Positions 45,173-55,422 of a stretch of 64,000 nt of DNA are shown one piece after another. The notes under the pieces are model-generated. The model was not told the origin of the DNA. It did no database searches and was given only the letters and a program-made list of their open reading frames with translations. Made by a program: the position numbers and the translations under genes. The stretch's first letter is position 1. Every line of letters starts with the position of its first letter. Source of the stretch: an uncultured virus (IMG/VR IMGVR_UViG_3300025121_000017) (Duplodnaviria; Heunggongvirae; Uroviricota; Caudoviricetes); IMG/VR virus record IMGVR_UViG_3300025121_000017. One strand, written 5' to 3'.

Positions 45173-46588
45173 ATGCCCTTCGAACTCTTCGACGAAACCC
45201 AACGCACCCAGGACGTCGTCCTGCGCCAGCTCCGCACCACGAGCTCCGTGACCTACTACGGCCCCAACAGCGTAGCCCTGGCCGATGCGGAGGCTGCCAG
45301 CGCCGCTGCGAGTCGTGGCGAGGCCCACGCAGAGGAGGCGTACCGTCGCAGCTTCTTGAAAGCCTCGTACGGCGCATACCTCGCGGACCTGGCAGAGATG
45401 GAGGGTGTCCCGGTCGCGGACCCGGAGCGCTCGGGCGCCTATGTCGTGTTCGTCCCCGAAGTCTCTTACGTGTCGGCGATCTCCGGCGCAGGCCCCTACA
45501 CGCTGACGATCTCAGGCTTCGAAAGTTGGCAGGCGGGAGACGCTTTCCGCATCAAGGGCGCGGACGACACCGAGACCACCACAATCGCGACCGTGATCGG
45601 GCCGACGTCCGTGACGGTCGCCGCGCTCACAAACGCCGCCGCGTACATCGCAGACATCGCGGCAGGCGACGCTGTGCGGCTCCTCTTCCGGGCCACGGTC
45701 CCGGCTGACTCGGTCGTGTCGTTCCAAGGTGGTGCGGTTTTCGGGACCATCGCAGCAGTCACGACGGGTGATGCGAACCCGCTCCTCGCGGGCGAGGGCA
45801 CCGCTCTGTCCCTGGTCGACAAGGCCTGGTGCGAGTGCTCGGCTGCCGGATCCGCGGGCAACGTCGCGCGCATGACGGCGACGGGCGTGACGACGGGTGC
45901 GGGGGCCACGATTCGAGGCGTCAACCGTGTCTTCAATCCGATGGCTGCGACGGGCGGTAGCGACACCCCGCCGGACGGGCAGATCAAGTATCTGGTCGCT
46001 CACGCCGGCAATGCCACTGGCCAGGCGACGGCTCGAGGTATTGAAGCGCTCTGCCGTCAGGGGAACTCCAGGGTCATCCGCGCGTTCCTCTCTTCCACGT
46101 CGGCGCTGAGCACGATCAGCGTGCTGACCATGCCCAGCAACGCCACGACACCGTTGACATCGACCGAGAAGAGCGACCTGGGCATGTTCCTTGAGGAGTA
46201 CGGCGCGCCGGGCATTACGTGGTCCGTGGGGGACGTGGACACGGTCTCGCTCGAGGTTTACGCTGCGCTTACGCTGGTGCCAGGGCCTACCGGGGAGACG
46301 TCAGAAGGGCGGCGGGCTCGACTGCGCTCGGCGTGGTCCCGCATCGCGTCCGTGGTCGCGAACTACATCGACGCGACGCGCTGGCCGCTGGCGCAGACGG
46401 TGAGCCGGTCGACGTTGCTGGAGCTTGTGCTGGCGGATCGGGAGGTGACGGCGGTGGACACGGTTTCGTTTCTGCCGGCTGCAGATTTGACGGTTGCATC
46501 GACGGAGCTGCCGGCTTTTACGAGTTTGAGTCTGGTGGACTCGAGCACGAGCTATGCTTGGGGTGACGACATCGAGCAGGTGTACTAA
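45173..46588 (+). CDS. Baseplate J-like (wedge) protein
   Basis: A.G.YL..LA, CSAAGSAGN, V.NP.AATGGSD, AT..GIE motifs. Confidence 0.8.
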   Translation: MPFELFDETQRTQDVVLRQLRTTSSVTYYGPNSVALADAEAASAAASRGEAHAEEAYRRSFLKASYGAYLADLAEMEGVPVADPERSGAYVVFVPEVSYVSAISGAGPYTLTISGFESWQAGDAFRIKGADDTETTTIATVIGPTSVTVAALTNAAAYIADIAAGDAVRLLFRATVPADSVVSFQGGAVFGTIAAVTTGDANPLLAGEGTALSLVDKAWCECSAAGSAGNVARMTATGVTTGAGATIRGVNRVFNPMAATGGSDTPPDGQIKYLVAHAGNATGQATARGIEALCRQGNSRVIRAFLSSTSALSTISVLTMPSNATTPLTSTEKSDLGMFLEEYGAPGITWSVGDVDTVSLEVYAALTLVPGPTGETSEGRRARLRSAWSRIASVVANYIDATRWPLAQTVSRSTLLELVLADREVTAVDTVSFLPAADLTVASTELPAFTSLSLVDSSTSYAWGDDIEQVY

Positions 46589-46609
46589 ATCCAACATAAG
46601 GATGAGCGG

Positions 46610-47173
46610 ATGAGTGAGTACCAGTGCTTCATGGTCGAAGAGACCAAGCAGAAGTGGCACAGCTACACCAGGTTCGAGAAAGGTCCCTGTGCGGTTCATG
46701 GTGAATACCACTCCGCGACACGGTACGTGGACGACACGCCCGATGACCTGGCACCGGGTATCGAGGAGGCCATGATGCCGGCGACGTGCAAGTGTGGGCA
46801 TGCCTTCGGTCCACACAGCGGCAGCACTAGCGCTGGTCAGTGGTACCGAGACCCGCGCGACGGGAGCACGTTCAGGCACATCGCTCAGGCTCCGGCAGGC
46901 GCGATGTGGTATGCGCCCTATCTGCTCGAGCATGGGCGGTGGTCGCTCTCGCCGGAGTACATCCGGGACCACGAGGGAAAGCGTCCTCCGGTGGTAGTGC
47001 AACTGCCAGCAGGGGGCGCCTGGTGCGTGGATGAGCAGTTCCGATCAGACGGCAAGCTGGCCGGGAAGGGATGGACTGTCACCGGCGAGGTGCCCTTGCT
47101 CACTGCCCGCCCATCCATTCTTACGCCACGGTACCACGGATGGCTGACCGATGGCGTGTTGAGGCGTTGCTGA
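46610..47173 (+). CDS. DUF6527-like protein
   Basis: C-terminal WTVTG...LTARPSI..YHGWLTDG. Confidence 0.6.
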   Translation: MSEYQCFMVEETKQKWHSYTRFEKGPCAVHGEYHSATRYVDDTPDDLAPGIEEAMMPATCKCGHAFGPHSGSTSAGQWYRDPRDGSTFRHIAQAPAGAMWYAPYLLEHGRWSLSPEYIRDHEGKRPPVVVQLPAGGAWCVDEQFRSDGKLAGKGWTVTGEVPLLTARPSILTPRYHGWLTDGVLRRC

Positions 47174-47511
47174 TGAGCAAACCACTGACCACGCTCAACC
47201 CAAAATGGATCAACAGCATGGACGGTCGATCAGGCGTTGGCATCCGCTTTCGGTGTCCCTGCTGCGATGGGAGGTGTGTGCTCGCCGTGCTCTTCATCAA
47301 TCCGCTCGACGGCGGGCCGGCTGTACCGGCAGGAACCTCGATTATGGGCGAGAACCAGGGACGGCGCTGGAGCCGGACCGGGGAGACATTCGAGACACTG
47401 ACGACCACGCCTTCCATTGATGCTTCCTCGCCCTCCTATGACGAGGATGGGAAGGAAGTCCCTGACTCGAAGCACTGGCACGGGTTCATCGCGGACGGGG
47501 AAGCACGATAA
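47173..47511 (+). CDS. DUF6527-like protein
   Basis: FRCPCC, WSRTGETFETLTTTPSI...HWHGFIADG. Confidence 0.65.
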   Translation: MSKPLTTLNPKWINSMDGRSGVGIRFRCPCCDGRCVLAVLFINPLDGGPAVPAGTSIMGENQGRRWSRTGETFETLTTTPSIDASSPSYDEDGKEVPDSKHWHGFIADGEAR

Positions 47512-47954
47512 TGGAGGACTCAGCCCAAAAGTCACCTGAACCGGGCTACGACGCCTTTCGTCAGCGTTTCCGGCGCAATGCCAATAGCCTCGCAGCTCGG
47601 TACGGTGCTCACGTCTTGCTGGTCGGAGGTGCGCTCGAGGATGAGGAGCCTCGAGACTACGACGTGCGCATCGTTCTCCCTGACACCGAGTTCCGTCGAC
47701 TATACGGCGCTATGCCGTACAAGAGTCGGCCCGCATCGGCGCTCTTCGACTTCGAACCATGGGAATGGCTCCGAGCCTATGACAGCCTCAAGCAGAGCCG
47801 TCTAATGTCTGAGCGCATGAGTGTCCCGGTGGACCTCCAGATCCAAGCTGCGAGCGAGACTCGAGCCTACGAGGGAAAGCCCGCTGTACAGCTCGACACC
47901 GCACCCGAGTGGGTACTGTCCGCCGGACGTCCACGTGAAATGGCGGTGCCATAG
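47511..47954 (+). CDS. Minimal nucleotidyltransferase (Pol beta superfamily)-like protein
   Basis: LLVGGAL..RDYDVRIVL...VDLQIQ (hG[GS]..DxD..D). Confidence 0.65.
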   Translation: MEDSAQKSPEPGYDAFRQRFRRNANSLAARYGAHVLLVGGALEDEEPRDYDVRIVLPDTEFRRLYGAMPYKSRPASALFDFEPWEWLRAYDSLKQSRLMSERMSVPVDLQIQAASETRAYEGKPAVQLDTAPEWVLSAGRPREMAVP

Positions 47955-49897
47955 TGTCCACTCGATCCTACACCTACTCCCACTTCGACACCGACGATGC
48001 TCCAACCCCAGGCGGCGGCTCCATCTCAACAGCCACGTCCGGCTGGCTCCTCACGAACGCCTGGGTCACGGATCAGGTGGTTTCGACGGATCTGACCGGC
48101 ACCGCCTCCCGGACCAGCGATGACATCGAGATCCAGGTTGACTTCGCGTCGATCGATTCGGCGAGCCCGGCCGGCGGCATCGGCATCGTTCTTGCGGACG
48201 GCGCCTATGCCATCGGCCTCTCGATCGGCACGTCCCTCGCCTGGGTCGACCCGTCCGACATGACGACTGAGATCGCCTGGGACTGGCCAGCCAGCGCCTT
48301 CCCCTGGCAGGCTCGGCACGTGGTCCGGCTGCGCAAAGTCGGCTCGGGACGCTGGACACTCCACATCGACGGGGCGCCTATTGCGGAGGCCCCGTACCTG
48401 CTGGCCATCGCGGACGACCAACCGGCTTACTACCGCATCGGACTGCTGCCAGGCGCCTCGAGCGGCACGTGCACCGTCACCTCCTTTGAAGTGGGCTGCA
48501 ACGTCTGCGTGGCGCCGATCGAGGATGTGGAGCGCTACCGGCTGGGCCTGCCTGCGGGTATCCGCGCCAACTGGAACAGCATCGCGCGAGGACGCGCCGT
48601 CGCGATGATCGGAGCCGTCCGGCGAAGCTACCTCATGCACGAGGAGGCACCGAAGCTGCGCGGCTGCGATCGAATTCGACTCGACGCATCCACGCTTAGC
48701 TCGGATACGCTCGACGGCGTCGAGTGGACGCAGGGCGCGGATCTCGACGTGGAAGGCGTGCGCAACCGGCTGCGCCTGAGCACCGCGGTGTCCGGGTTCG
48801 CTTCCTACGCCTGGCCAACGACTGCGCCCGCGCAGGTGGAGCGCGTAGTATCCGGGACATTCGTGCTGCGTGGCGCGCCTTCGGTCGGGGCGGACGGTGA
48901 CACGGGATTCACCATCCTACTGGACGACGCAACGCGACTGATCGCGGCTGGCCTCTACCGATTCGGCACGGCGGGGTACGGCTGGCGGTTCGGCTACACG
49001 TCGACCAAGCCTGGCAACGACCCGCGCCCTGTCCGGGCTGACGTGCCTCACAAGGTGGAGCTGCGTGCGACAACGGATCACGCGCTGCTAGTCGTGAACG
49101 GGGCGGTCGTGGACCGCATGCCCTACTCGAGCTTCGGTGCTTCACCTGGCACCTACGATGACACCGCGGCTGTCGGCTGGCAACGCGCGCCCGGGAGCGA
49201 CGTCTACGTGGACGTCGAGGGCATCACAGCGACACGCTACCTGAGTGACCTGTCGTCCAGGCCTCACCTGCGGCAGGTCGCTGCGGAGAAGACGATGTTC
49301 GCGTCCGGCGCCGAACGCGCAGACGAGCTCAGAGCCTGGCTGGACCGTCGGGCGGCAACGATGCGCCTTCGGGGCACGACGGCGGGTATCCGAGCTGAGG
49401 CGAGGCGCATGGGAGCTTCGGCACACGCGTTCGTGTCCGAGGAGAGCACGCCGGCCATGTGGGTGCTCGACGTGACCTTCCCGGACGTGACGCCGATCTG
49501 GCTGGACCTGGACGGGAGTATTCTCGACATCTACGTTGAGGCCGGGAACCTGGGGCCGAACTGGTCAGCGGGCAGACTCTGCGAGCTCCTCGCGGCGTAC
49601 CTGACGCCGGTGAGCGTGCTCGAGCGGCGGTATCACGTGTGCATCACAACGCCGTTGACGGCTACCGCGACGGCTGGGTCGAGCGTGGCACTGGCGGTCT
49701 CGAGCACGAGAGGCTTCGCAGTGGGGCAGGATGTGAGCGTAGTGAACTATGATCGGTCGAGCCGGAGTGATGGGACGGTGACGGCGGTGGGGGCTACAAC
49801 GGTGACGATTGATGAGCTGGACGCGACGTTTACGCATGTGGTGGCGACGCCTAATTATTTGAGGTGTGAGCTCGCGGATACGATGACGTTGAGGTAG
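47954..49897 (+). CDS. Baseplate/tail structural protein
   Basis: 647 aa; lectin-like beta segments; RLRGT..GI wedge-like motif. Confidence 0.6.
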   Translation: MSTRSYTYSHFDTDDAPTPGGGSISTATSGWLLTNAWVTDQVVSTDLTGTASRTSDDIEIQVDFASIDSASPAGGIGIVLADGAYAIGLSIGTSLAWVDPSDMTTEIAWDWPASAFPWQARHVVRLRKVGSGRWTLHIDGAPIAEAPYLLAIADDQPAYYRIGLLPGASSGTCTVTSFEVGCNVCVAPIEDVERYRLGLPAGIRANWNSIARGRAVAMIGAVRRSYLMHEEAPKLRGCDRIRLDASTLSSDTLDGVEWTQGADLDVEGVRNRLRLSTAVSGFASYAWPTTAPAQVERVVSGTFVLRGAPSVGADGDTGFTILLDDATRLIAAGLYRFGTAGYGWRFGYTSTKPGNDPRPVRADVPHKVELRATTDHALLVVNGAVVDRMPYSSFGASPGTYDDTAAVGWQRAPGSDVYVDVEGITATRYLSDLSSRPHLRQVAAEKTMFASGAERADELRAWLDRRAATMRLRGTTAGIRAEARRMGASAHAFVSEESTPAMWVLDVTFPDVTPIWLDLDGSILDIYVEAGNLGPNWSAGRLCELLAAYLTPVSVLERRYHVCITTPLTATATAGSSVALAVSSTRGFAVGQDVSVVNYDRSSRSDGTVTAVGATTVTIDELDATFTHVVATPNYLRCELADTMTLR

Positions 49898-49904
49898 GGG
49901 CTCC

Positions 49905-50276
49905 TCACTTCATCATGCATCCCATCGGCATCCATTTCTCCCCGGCTTCAAATCTGGCGATCTGCGCGCGGACCTTCTCGATGTCCATCCCGGAATACTC
50001 GCAGAAGATAAGGTGAGGCTCCGCCTTGCCGGACTTCGTGCAGTGGGCGGGCACTACCGCGTTACCCCACATGCTGTAGATGGCAACCACGTCCAGGGAC
50101 GGACGGCACTCCCACACGCCCAGCGCGACCTGGACCTTGCGAGTCAACTCCCGCTGGACGCGTGCCTGCTCACGTCGCCACGTGCCCCTCGCAGCATTAG
50201 TGGAGGGAAGGAACTCACCGCCCCGATAGAATTCGCCGTTCCGTCCGACTTCGCCACCTTTGCTTGCACGCGCCAT
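49905..50276 (-). CDS. Hypothetical phage protein
   Basis: RAxKGGExGxNGEFYxGGxFLP N-terminus; own promoter and RBS. Confidence 0.7.
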   Translation of the reverse strand: MARASKGGEVGRNGEFYRGGEFLPSTNAARGTWRREQARVQRELTRKVQVALGVWECRPSLDVVAIYSMWGNAVVPAHCTKSGKAEPHLIFCEYSGMDIEKVRAQIARFEAGEKWMPMGCMMK

Positions 50277-50314
50277 GCCCGTCTCCGTTCGTTGCGTTAA
50301 CCGTTGATGAGAAG

Positions 50315-50349
50315 ACTGTACCAGACGGCTGTAGAAATGTCAATGACAT
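50315..50349 (-). promoter_or_regulatory. Promoter with ATGTCATTGACAT box
   Basis: Minus strand TTGACA-N17-TACAGT. Confidence 0.75.
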
Positions 50350-50432
50350 TTTATTGGCTTGCTTGGATCAGTTGGATCGGCTGGGCGAGGTGATGTGGAG
50401 GATCATGTGGAGGGCAGAGGCAGGGGTAGGGC

Positions 50433-50846
50433 CTACAGCTCCGCCAGCAGCGCCCGCAGCTCGTCGACCGATTTCCCCTTCATAACCTCATCCTCTTTAT
50501 CCGCGATGAGCGCCATGATCTGCCGCTTCTTCTGCGTATCCGCCGCCTTCTTCTCCGCTTGCTCCGCTTCCGCCTGGCGCACCTCGATGACGTAAAGGAC
50601 GATGTCGAACTTGAGTCGGGTTGCCTCGTCCACGGCGGAGGCCTTCTTCACGAAGCTTTTGTTACCGGTCTCCTCGAGCTGCTTGTTCAGCCCGATCGCG
50701 ATGTCGTCCAGGTTCGCGGGCTTGGCCCGGCTCGCCGGAGTGTACTCGACACTCAGGGGCAGGTCCCAAAGATCCTCGACGGACAGGAGACCCTGCGGGG
50801 TGGAAAAACGAAGCTTCAACCGACTGGCTTTGATGAACGCTTGCAT
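50433..50846 (-). CDS. Phage coiled-coil protein
   Basis: ASRLKLRF...GLLSVEDLWDL motif; AAGGA RBS. Confidence 0.75.
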   Translation of the reverse strand: MQAFIKASRLKLRFSTPQGLLSVEDLWDLPLSVEYTPASRAKPANLDDIAIGLNKQLEETGNKSFVKKASAVDEATRLKFDIVLYVIEVRQAEAEQAEKKAADTQKKRQIMALIADKEDEVMKGKSVDELRALLAEL

Positions 50847-50879
50847 GATGCTTTCCTTTCAGTGTGTGCGTGTGGTGCT

Positions 50880-52889
50880 TCAGAAAGTGATCTTAACCAT
50901 CCGGGTAAACGACCCGGTAACCCGAACCGTGACGCTGTTGCGCTGGGTGGATGAGAACCCCAACCCGCTGAGCTGGCGATCGGACGCCTCGGTCCGCATC
51001 CGACTACCGACAAGCTCCATGGCCTTGCGGTGCGCTTCAAGCTCACCCTTCAGGAACTCGTTGTAAAACCCTCGAGCTGTGCCGTCATTCTTGGCGCCGC
51101 TGAGGATGAAGAAGTAATGCTTGTTGCCGACGCCCTGCTCTCCCCAGTGATTCGGCGACAAGGTAAGCAGGCTGACCGGGTGGAACGTCTGCGTCTTGAG
51201 GCCCCATACTTCCCGGACGGCCTGGGATGACTCGAGCTGCGGCACGACCTTGACTCCCTCCGGGCCGACGTGGAGCTCTGCGCCCTGAACACGGTCACCC
51301 GTCCGCAGCGCCTTCGGGTAGGAGAAGCTGTGCACGGTCCCCAGGATGTCTATCTCCGCTTCGAAACCGACGTTGACGGACTGCCGCTGGGCGAACTGGT
51401 GCACGTACAGCTTGTACGTTCCGTGGCGCATCGTCTGGGTCGACGCGTAGACGATGTTCTCGCACGGGTCCGGGCGGATGCCGTCCATGCCGTTCGCGTC
51501 GACGTCGAGCACTCCGCCGCAAGCGGACCTGCGGGCGCTATAGCATATGTGCCCGCCGCCCGGCTCCTCCATGTGGAAGTCCAGGTCATCCGTATTGTGC
51601 CACGCGAGCCGGCAGCAGACATCTCCCTCCACGTTGCCGCCCGCCTTCTTCACCCGCTCGCGGATCGAGTCCGCGACGTCTCCCGCATACGACCAGGCAA
51701 ACGCGTTGTCCCACTTGAAGAGCGTGGGAGCGGTCATGTCGCCCGGCGCGGTCAGGGACACCAGGTTGCCGCCGTGCCTGTTCTCGAGCAGAACCTCGAG
51801 CCGCTGCGCGGTCGGCAGCACGTTGCGCAGGAAATCCTCGATCCCCATCTCCTGGACGCCGCCGAGGCTCTGGGCGTTCTGTCCCCGCACCGGCAGGTCG
51901 TCAAAGACGTCGCCTCCCAACTTCACCCGCGTGCTACGGTCCGCGAAGAGCACGTCGGTGGCCCGGACGTCCTCCGACACGGCGAAGCGCCGCTCCAGGG
52001 CTCCCAGGAGACCCAGCTCGTCCAGGGTCGTGCGCGCGGCGTCACGCATCTTCGGGGTGATGAGCGCAGTCGGCCTCTTGTAGTTGGTGCCGCTCACCTT
52101 GTTCTCGAAGGACTGCACCGCGGACTCGAGCGGCACACCCTCGGACAGATCGCAGAGCAAGGTACCGATCACGTCGCTCCGCACACGGCACGCCCATGCC
52201 CTTGACCCCTGGACGCAGCCCCACACGAAGAGATCGCGCGCATCGTTCGTGCGCAGAAGATCGTACTCCGCCTTGAGCTGCTTGAAGGCGCCGACCAGCG
52301 CCTGCTTTTCCGCACCGCGGTAGAGACCGTTCTGCGCGATTAGGTCGCTCACCGTCTCGATCGCGTCAACCGTGATCTCCCGCAGCGCCCGCAGCAGAAC
52401 GTCGTGCGAGGCGCGAGCATCGGACAGCTTGGCCCCGAGCTGCACGCCGCCGACGACACGCTCGCGCGGGAGCTGCAGGTGGAAGTGGTCCCAGATCTGC
52501 ACCCGGTCCGTGAGCTGCTCGTGGCTGCGATCAGTGCCGATCGACGCCTCCGTCTCGAGGAAGATGTTCTCGATCGGGGCCGCGCGGACGTGAGCCGCCA
52601 GGGCGTCCGCCACCGCCTGGAACGCGGGATCCCCTGCCTGTACGTCCCAGAGCGAGACGATCTGGCCGTCTCGGATCGCAACGATGCCGCCGATGCGCCG
52701 GACGAAGTTGCGGCAGCAGGAGCAGTCGTGCTCGGTGCGCTGGCGGAACATCGGGTTCGTTCCCGGCGGGAACGAGGCGAGGTAGAGCTCCCAAAGGCGA
52801 TCGGGGTCGACCTGGACGCGGTAGAGGGGCAGAGTCTTCATCTCGTTGAATTGGCGCTGGACGGCGAGTTTGAAGTCGCGGAAGTTCAT
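50880..52889 (-). CDS. Large phage protein of unknown function
   Basis: 669 aa; HDCSCCRNF, NYKRP, DLDFH..LDVD..ENI motifs; GAGGAG RBS. Confidence 0.8.
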   Translation of the reverse strand: MNFRDFKLAVQRQFNEMKTLPLYRVQVDPDRLWELYLASFPPGTNPMFRQRTEHDCSCCRNFVRRIGGIVAIRDGQIVSLWDVQAGDPAFQAVADALAAHVRAAPIENIFLETEASIGTDRSHEQLTDRVQIWDHFHLQLPRERVVGGVQLGAKLSDARASHDVLLRALREITVDAIETVSDLIAQNGLYRGAEKQALVGAFKQLKAEYDLLRTNDARDLFVWGCVQGSRAWACRVRSDVIGTLLCDLSEGVPLESAVQSFENKVSGTNYKRPTALITPKMRDAARTTLDELGLLGALERRFAVSEDVRATDVLFADRSTRVKLGGDVFDDLPVRGQNAQSLGGVQEMGIEDFLRNVLPTAQRLEVLLENRHGGNLVSLTAPGDMTAPTLFKWDNAFAWSYAGDVADSIRERVKKAGGNVEGDVCCRLAWHNTDDLDFHMEEPGGGHICYSARRSACGGVLDVDANGMDGIRPDPCENIVYASTQTMRHGTYKLYVHQFAQRQSVNVGFEAEIDILGTVHSFSYPKALRTGDRVQGAELHVGPEGVKVVPQLESSQAVREVWGLKTQTFHPVSLLTLSPNHWGEQGVGNKHYFFILSGAKNDGTARGFYNEFLKGELEAHRKAMELVGSRMRTEASDRQLSGLGFSSTQRNSVTVRVTGSFTRMVKITF

Positions 52890-52957
52890 GGCGTTCTCCT
52901 CGTGCGAGTGTGGATAAAAGTGACATGCGGATACCGGTTCGCATGTCGACAGTCAAG

Positions 52958-52992
52958 GTTATAGATGAGTGGAGGGATAATGTCAATGACAT
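52958..52992 (-). promoter_or_regulatory. Promoter with ATGTCATTGACAT box
   Basis: Minus strand TTGACA-N17-TATAAC. Confidence 0.8.
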
Positions 52993-53025
52993 TTTTTTGA
53001 GATATGTGCAGATTCTTTGGACGGG

Positions 53026-54552
53026 CTAGACTGATGCGTAGAAAGCCAGTTGTCGCTTACGGGGCATGGCTGCGACTGGGTCTGCGCAGATATCGTTGCC
53101 TCCCGCCCACAGAATCGCGCGTCGGATGTAGCGGTCCCAAGCCTCAAAGCCCGGAAAGGGTGCCGGGTAGATGGACGCGTCCTGTCCGTAAAGAATATAG
53201 GATCGCAGAAGGGTCAGCGCGAAGAAGAGGATCGGACCGCGGATGACAGGCATAGCTAGTCGTTCGAACATCTCGTCTTCGCCGCCTTGCCCTGGGTACT
53301 TCGTTCCTCTTTTTGCGGGAACCATCTGTGTATAAAGTGCAGTTGCCCCGACGGCGGGCAACGCCAGCAAGTGCTCTTCGAGTCCGGTAATCACCACCTT
53401 CCGCTCTGCCTGCTGCAGTAAGTTGATCACACTTGTGTCTGCCGCGTGAGCTCCGTCGAGCAGAAACGTCCTCATGTCGCCGAAAGGATCGTACTTGAGG
53501 TAGGCGCTCATTTCAGCTCGCAAGTTCTCAGGCGTCTCGCGCAAGAAAGGTGCTCCGCACGGGATCCCCATTGCTGCCACGTACGGCACTTGTGCGCAGA
53601 GTGACTTGCCGCTCGGGGACGGTCCCCCGATAACGGTAGCCGGGGATTGAAACCCGAGCCCCGGTCCAGCGATGTGCTCGAGCACCTGCGCCACGAGGTA
53701 ATCGTGCGCAGTGTCCGCTGTCATCGACGTGTAGACGAAGCGAGGCAATGCCGCGCGAAGATGGTCTAGTGCAGTATAGGCATCCGTGCGCGTACAGGCT
53801 TGGACAGGCGCGATGTGCGGTGCGATTTCTTTGATGTCCAGGTAGAAGGCAGAGGCCGCGTCGTAGCCATGTGCGGCAATGACCCGGCCAGCGGAGTCGA
53901 TGGTAGGGTGGCGTAGCACCGAATCGATGCGGCGGATGCCGTGGGTAGGGTCACGCTGGATCTGCCGTATAAGGGGCGCGGGGAGCGGATAAACATCCCA
54001 CGGAGCGGGAGGGCCGGAAGAGCGCGACTTGGCGAGGCATGCGACGTCCAGGACCGCGTTGCTGATCTCAGCTGGCCCTGCATCGTACAAACGAGGGCGG
54101 GAGGTATCGCACAGCTGGGTGTAGACAACCCTCCCGTGCTTGACGAACAGCCCATCGGACCCCGCGAGCAAACCTTGGACTTCTCGGCTCAGTTCGCCAA
54201 CTCGCCCCGGGGAGTAGACAAGATTGGGTCTAATCGGGAGGGACGCTACGTACTCAAGGAATGCCGCGACGTCCGGCGTGAGTTTACGGGGGCGACACTT
54301 CTTCGGCTTCGGCGTGAAGCCGGGCAGCTTGACCTCTCGCACTCCTTTCCCGCTGTTGCACGGCTGGCAGGCGGTGATCAGGTTGGCAAGCGTAGATGCC
54401 CCGCCTCGCGCAACGGCGAGGATATGGTCCACGTGCAGCACCACGTCCGGGGCGGACGCCCCGCAGTAGCGACATGTGAAGTTGTCGCGGGATAGGATCT
54501 CGAAGCGCAAGGTGCGCGAAATCGGTTCGCGCTCGTGGTGACGGCGGCGCAT
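53026..54552 (-). CDS. HNH endonuclease fused to a degenerate primase/helicase-like P-loop region
   Basis: LRFEILSRDNFTCRYCG..LHVDHI..GG...NLITACQPCNSGKG; later GYD..Y, GPSPSGKS, FEAWDRYIR..ILW. Confidence 0.75.
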   Translation of the reverse strand: MRRRHHEREPISRTLRFEILSRDNFTCRYCGASAPDVVLHVDHILAVARGGASTLANLITACQPCNSGKGVREVKLPGFTPKPKKCRPRKLTPDVAAFLEYVASLPIRPNLVYSPGRVGELSREVQGLLAGSDGLFVKHGRVVYTQLCDTSRPRLYDAGPAEISNAVLDVACLAKSRSSGPPAPWDVYPLPAPLIRQIQRDPTHGIRRIDSVLRHPTIDSAGRVIAAHGYDAASAFYLDIKEIAPHIAPVQACTRTDAYTALDHLRAALPRFVYTSMTADTAHDYLVAQVLEHIAGPGLGFQSPATVIGGPSPSGKSLCAQVPYVAAMGIPCGAPFLRETPENLRAEMSAYLKYDPFGDMRTFLLDGAHAADTSVINLLQQAERKVVITGLEEHLLALPAVGATALYTQMVPAKRGTKYPGQGGEDEMFERLAMPVIRGPILFFALTLLRSYILYGQDASIYPAPFPGFEAWDRYIRRAILWAGGNDICADPVAAMPRKRQLAFYASV

Positions 54553-54555
54553 GTG

Positions 54556-54891
54556 CTACTCCTGGCTCTCGAGCCACTTCTCAACATCCACCCGCTTGAA
54601 CCGCATGGACTGGTTAACGCGGCGACAGGGGAGCTGCTGCGCGTAAACGGCTGCGTAAACATCCTGCCGCGCCAAAGACGAGCGTAGCACAACGACATCC
54701 GCAACGGACAGCATGGACTCGTCCGGGAAGGTGTCTGCGCGGACCCAGGTGCGCCCGTGCGCTTCCAGGCTGGGGACGTGGCCTGGGAATTCGGGCGGCA
54801 GCCGGATCGCGCGGTAAAGCGTGTTGCGGTGAACTGAAGCGCGGACGGCGGCTTCGTCCACGGTGATTAGGCGAACTTCGGTCTTTGACAT
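54556..54891 (-). CDS. Tandem excisionase-like (HTH_17) DNA-binding protein
   Basis: ITVDEAAVRASVHRNTLYRAI and LSVADV...VYAAV..LPC..RFKRVDVEKWLE; GGAGG RBS. Confidence 0.7.
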   Translation of the reverse strand: MSKTEVRLITVDEAAVRASVHRNTLYRAIRLPPEFPGHVPSLEAHGRTWVRADTFPDESMLSVADVVVLRSSLARQDVYAAVYAQQLPCRRVNQSMRFKRVDVEKWLESQE

Positions 54892-55004
54892 AGATCCTCC
54901 AATTGTAGGCATTGATTGGAGTTTAGCATAAAAGACGTGAAGCTGTCGAGGGTTTTGTGGTGCATTTGTTGTGCGTCTGTGGGGCACGCCTCCGCTCCAC
55001 TCGG

Positions 55005-55415
55005 CGCGTTACACAAGGCCGCTGTTGCGTGTCGTTTTGTAGACTACCGCCCTCTAGGCCAGCTACCTACTCAATAGTCAATTTACCCATAAACTGATAG
55101 TAAATACCATTAGTTAGCCCACACCCACCCGAGGCCGATCGGCACATCAGCGTTACACTGTTACACCGTTACACCTGTTACCGGAAACATTTTCCAATAA
55201 AAGGAAGAAAATTGAAACGACCCCTCGGGGCGGACCTGTTACAAAAAATTCCCTGAGTATGGAAAATCTCCGTTAGGCCAGGTGTAACGGTGTAACGGAT
55301 AGGCAAACTCGCTTGCATCTCGGACAAATACCTAATAAATGCAATAGCTTGCACTTGCGAGGATATCTGTCAATTCAGATGTAACGCGGGCATCGGCGGA
55401 GGTAGTGTAACGCTC
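55005..55415. repeat. GTTACAC/GTGTAAC iteron cluster, putative replication origin
   Basis: GTTACACTGTTACACCGTTACACCTGTTACC at ~55152-55182, inverted GTGTAACGGTGTAACG at ~55282, more copies at ~55007, 55237, 55380, 55405; A-tracts between; directly downstream of the helicase gene. Confidence 0.6.
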
Positions 55416-55422
55416 GGGAAGG

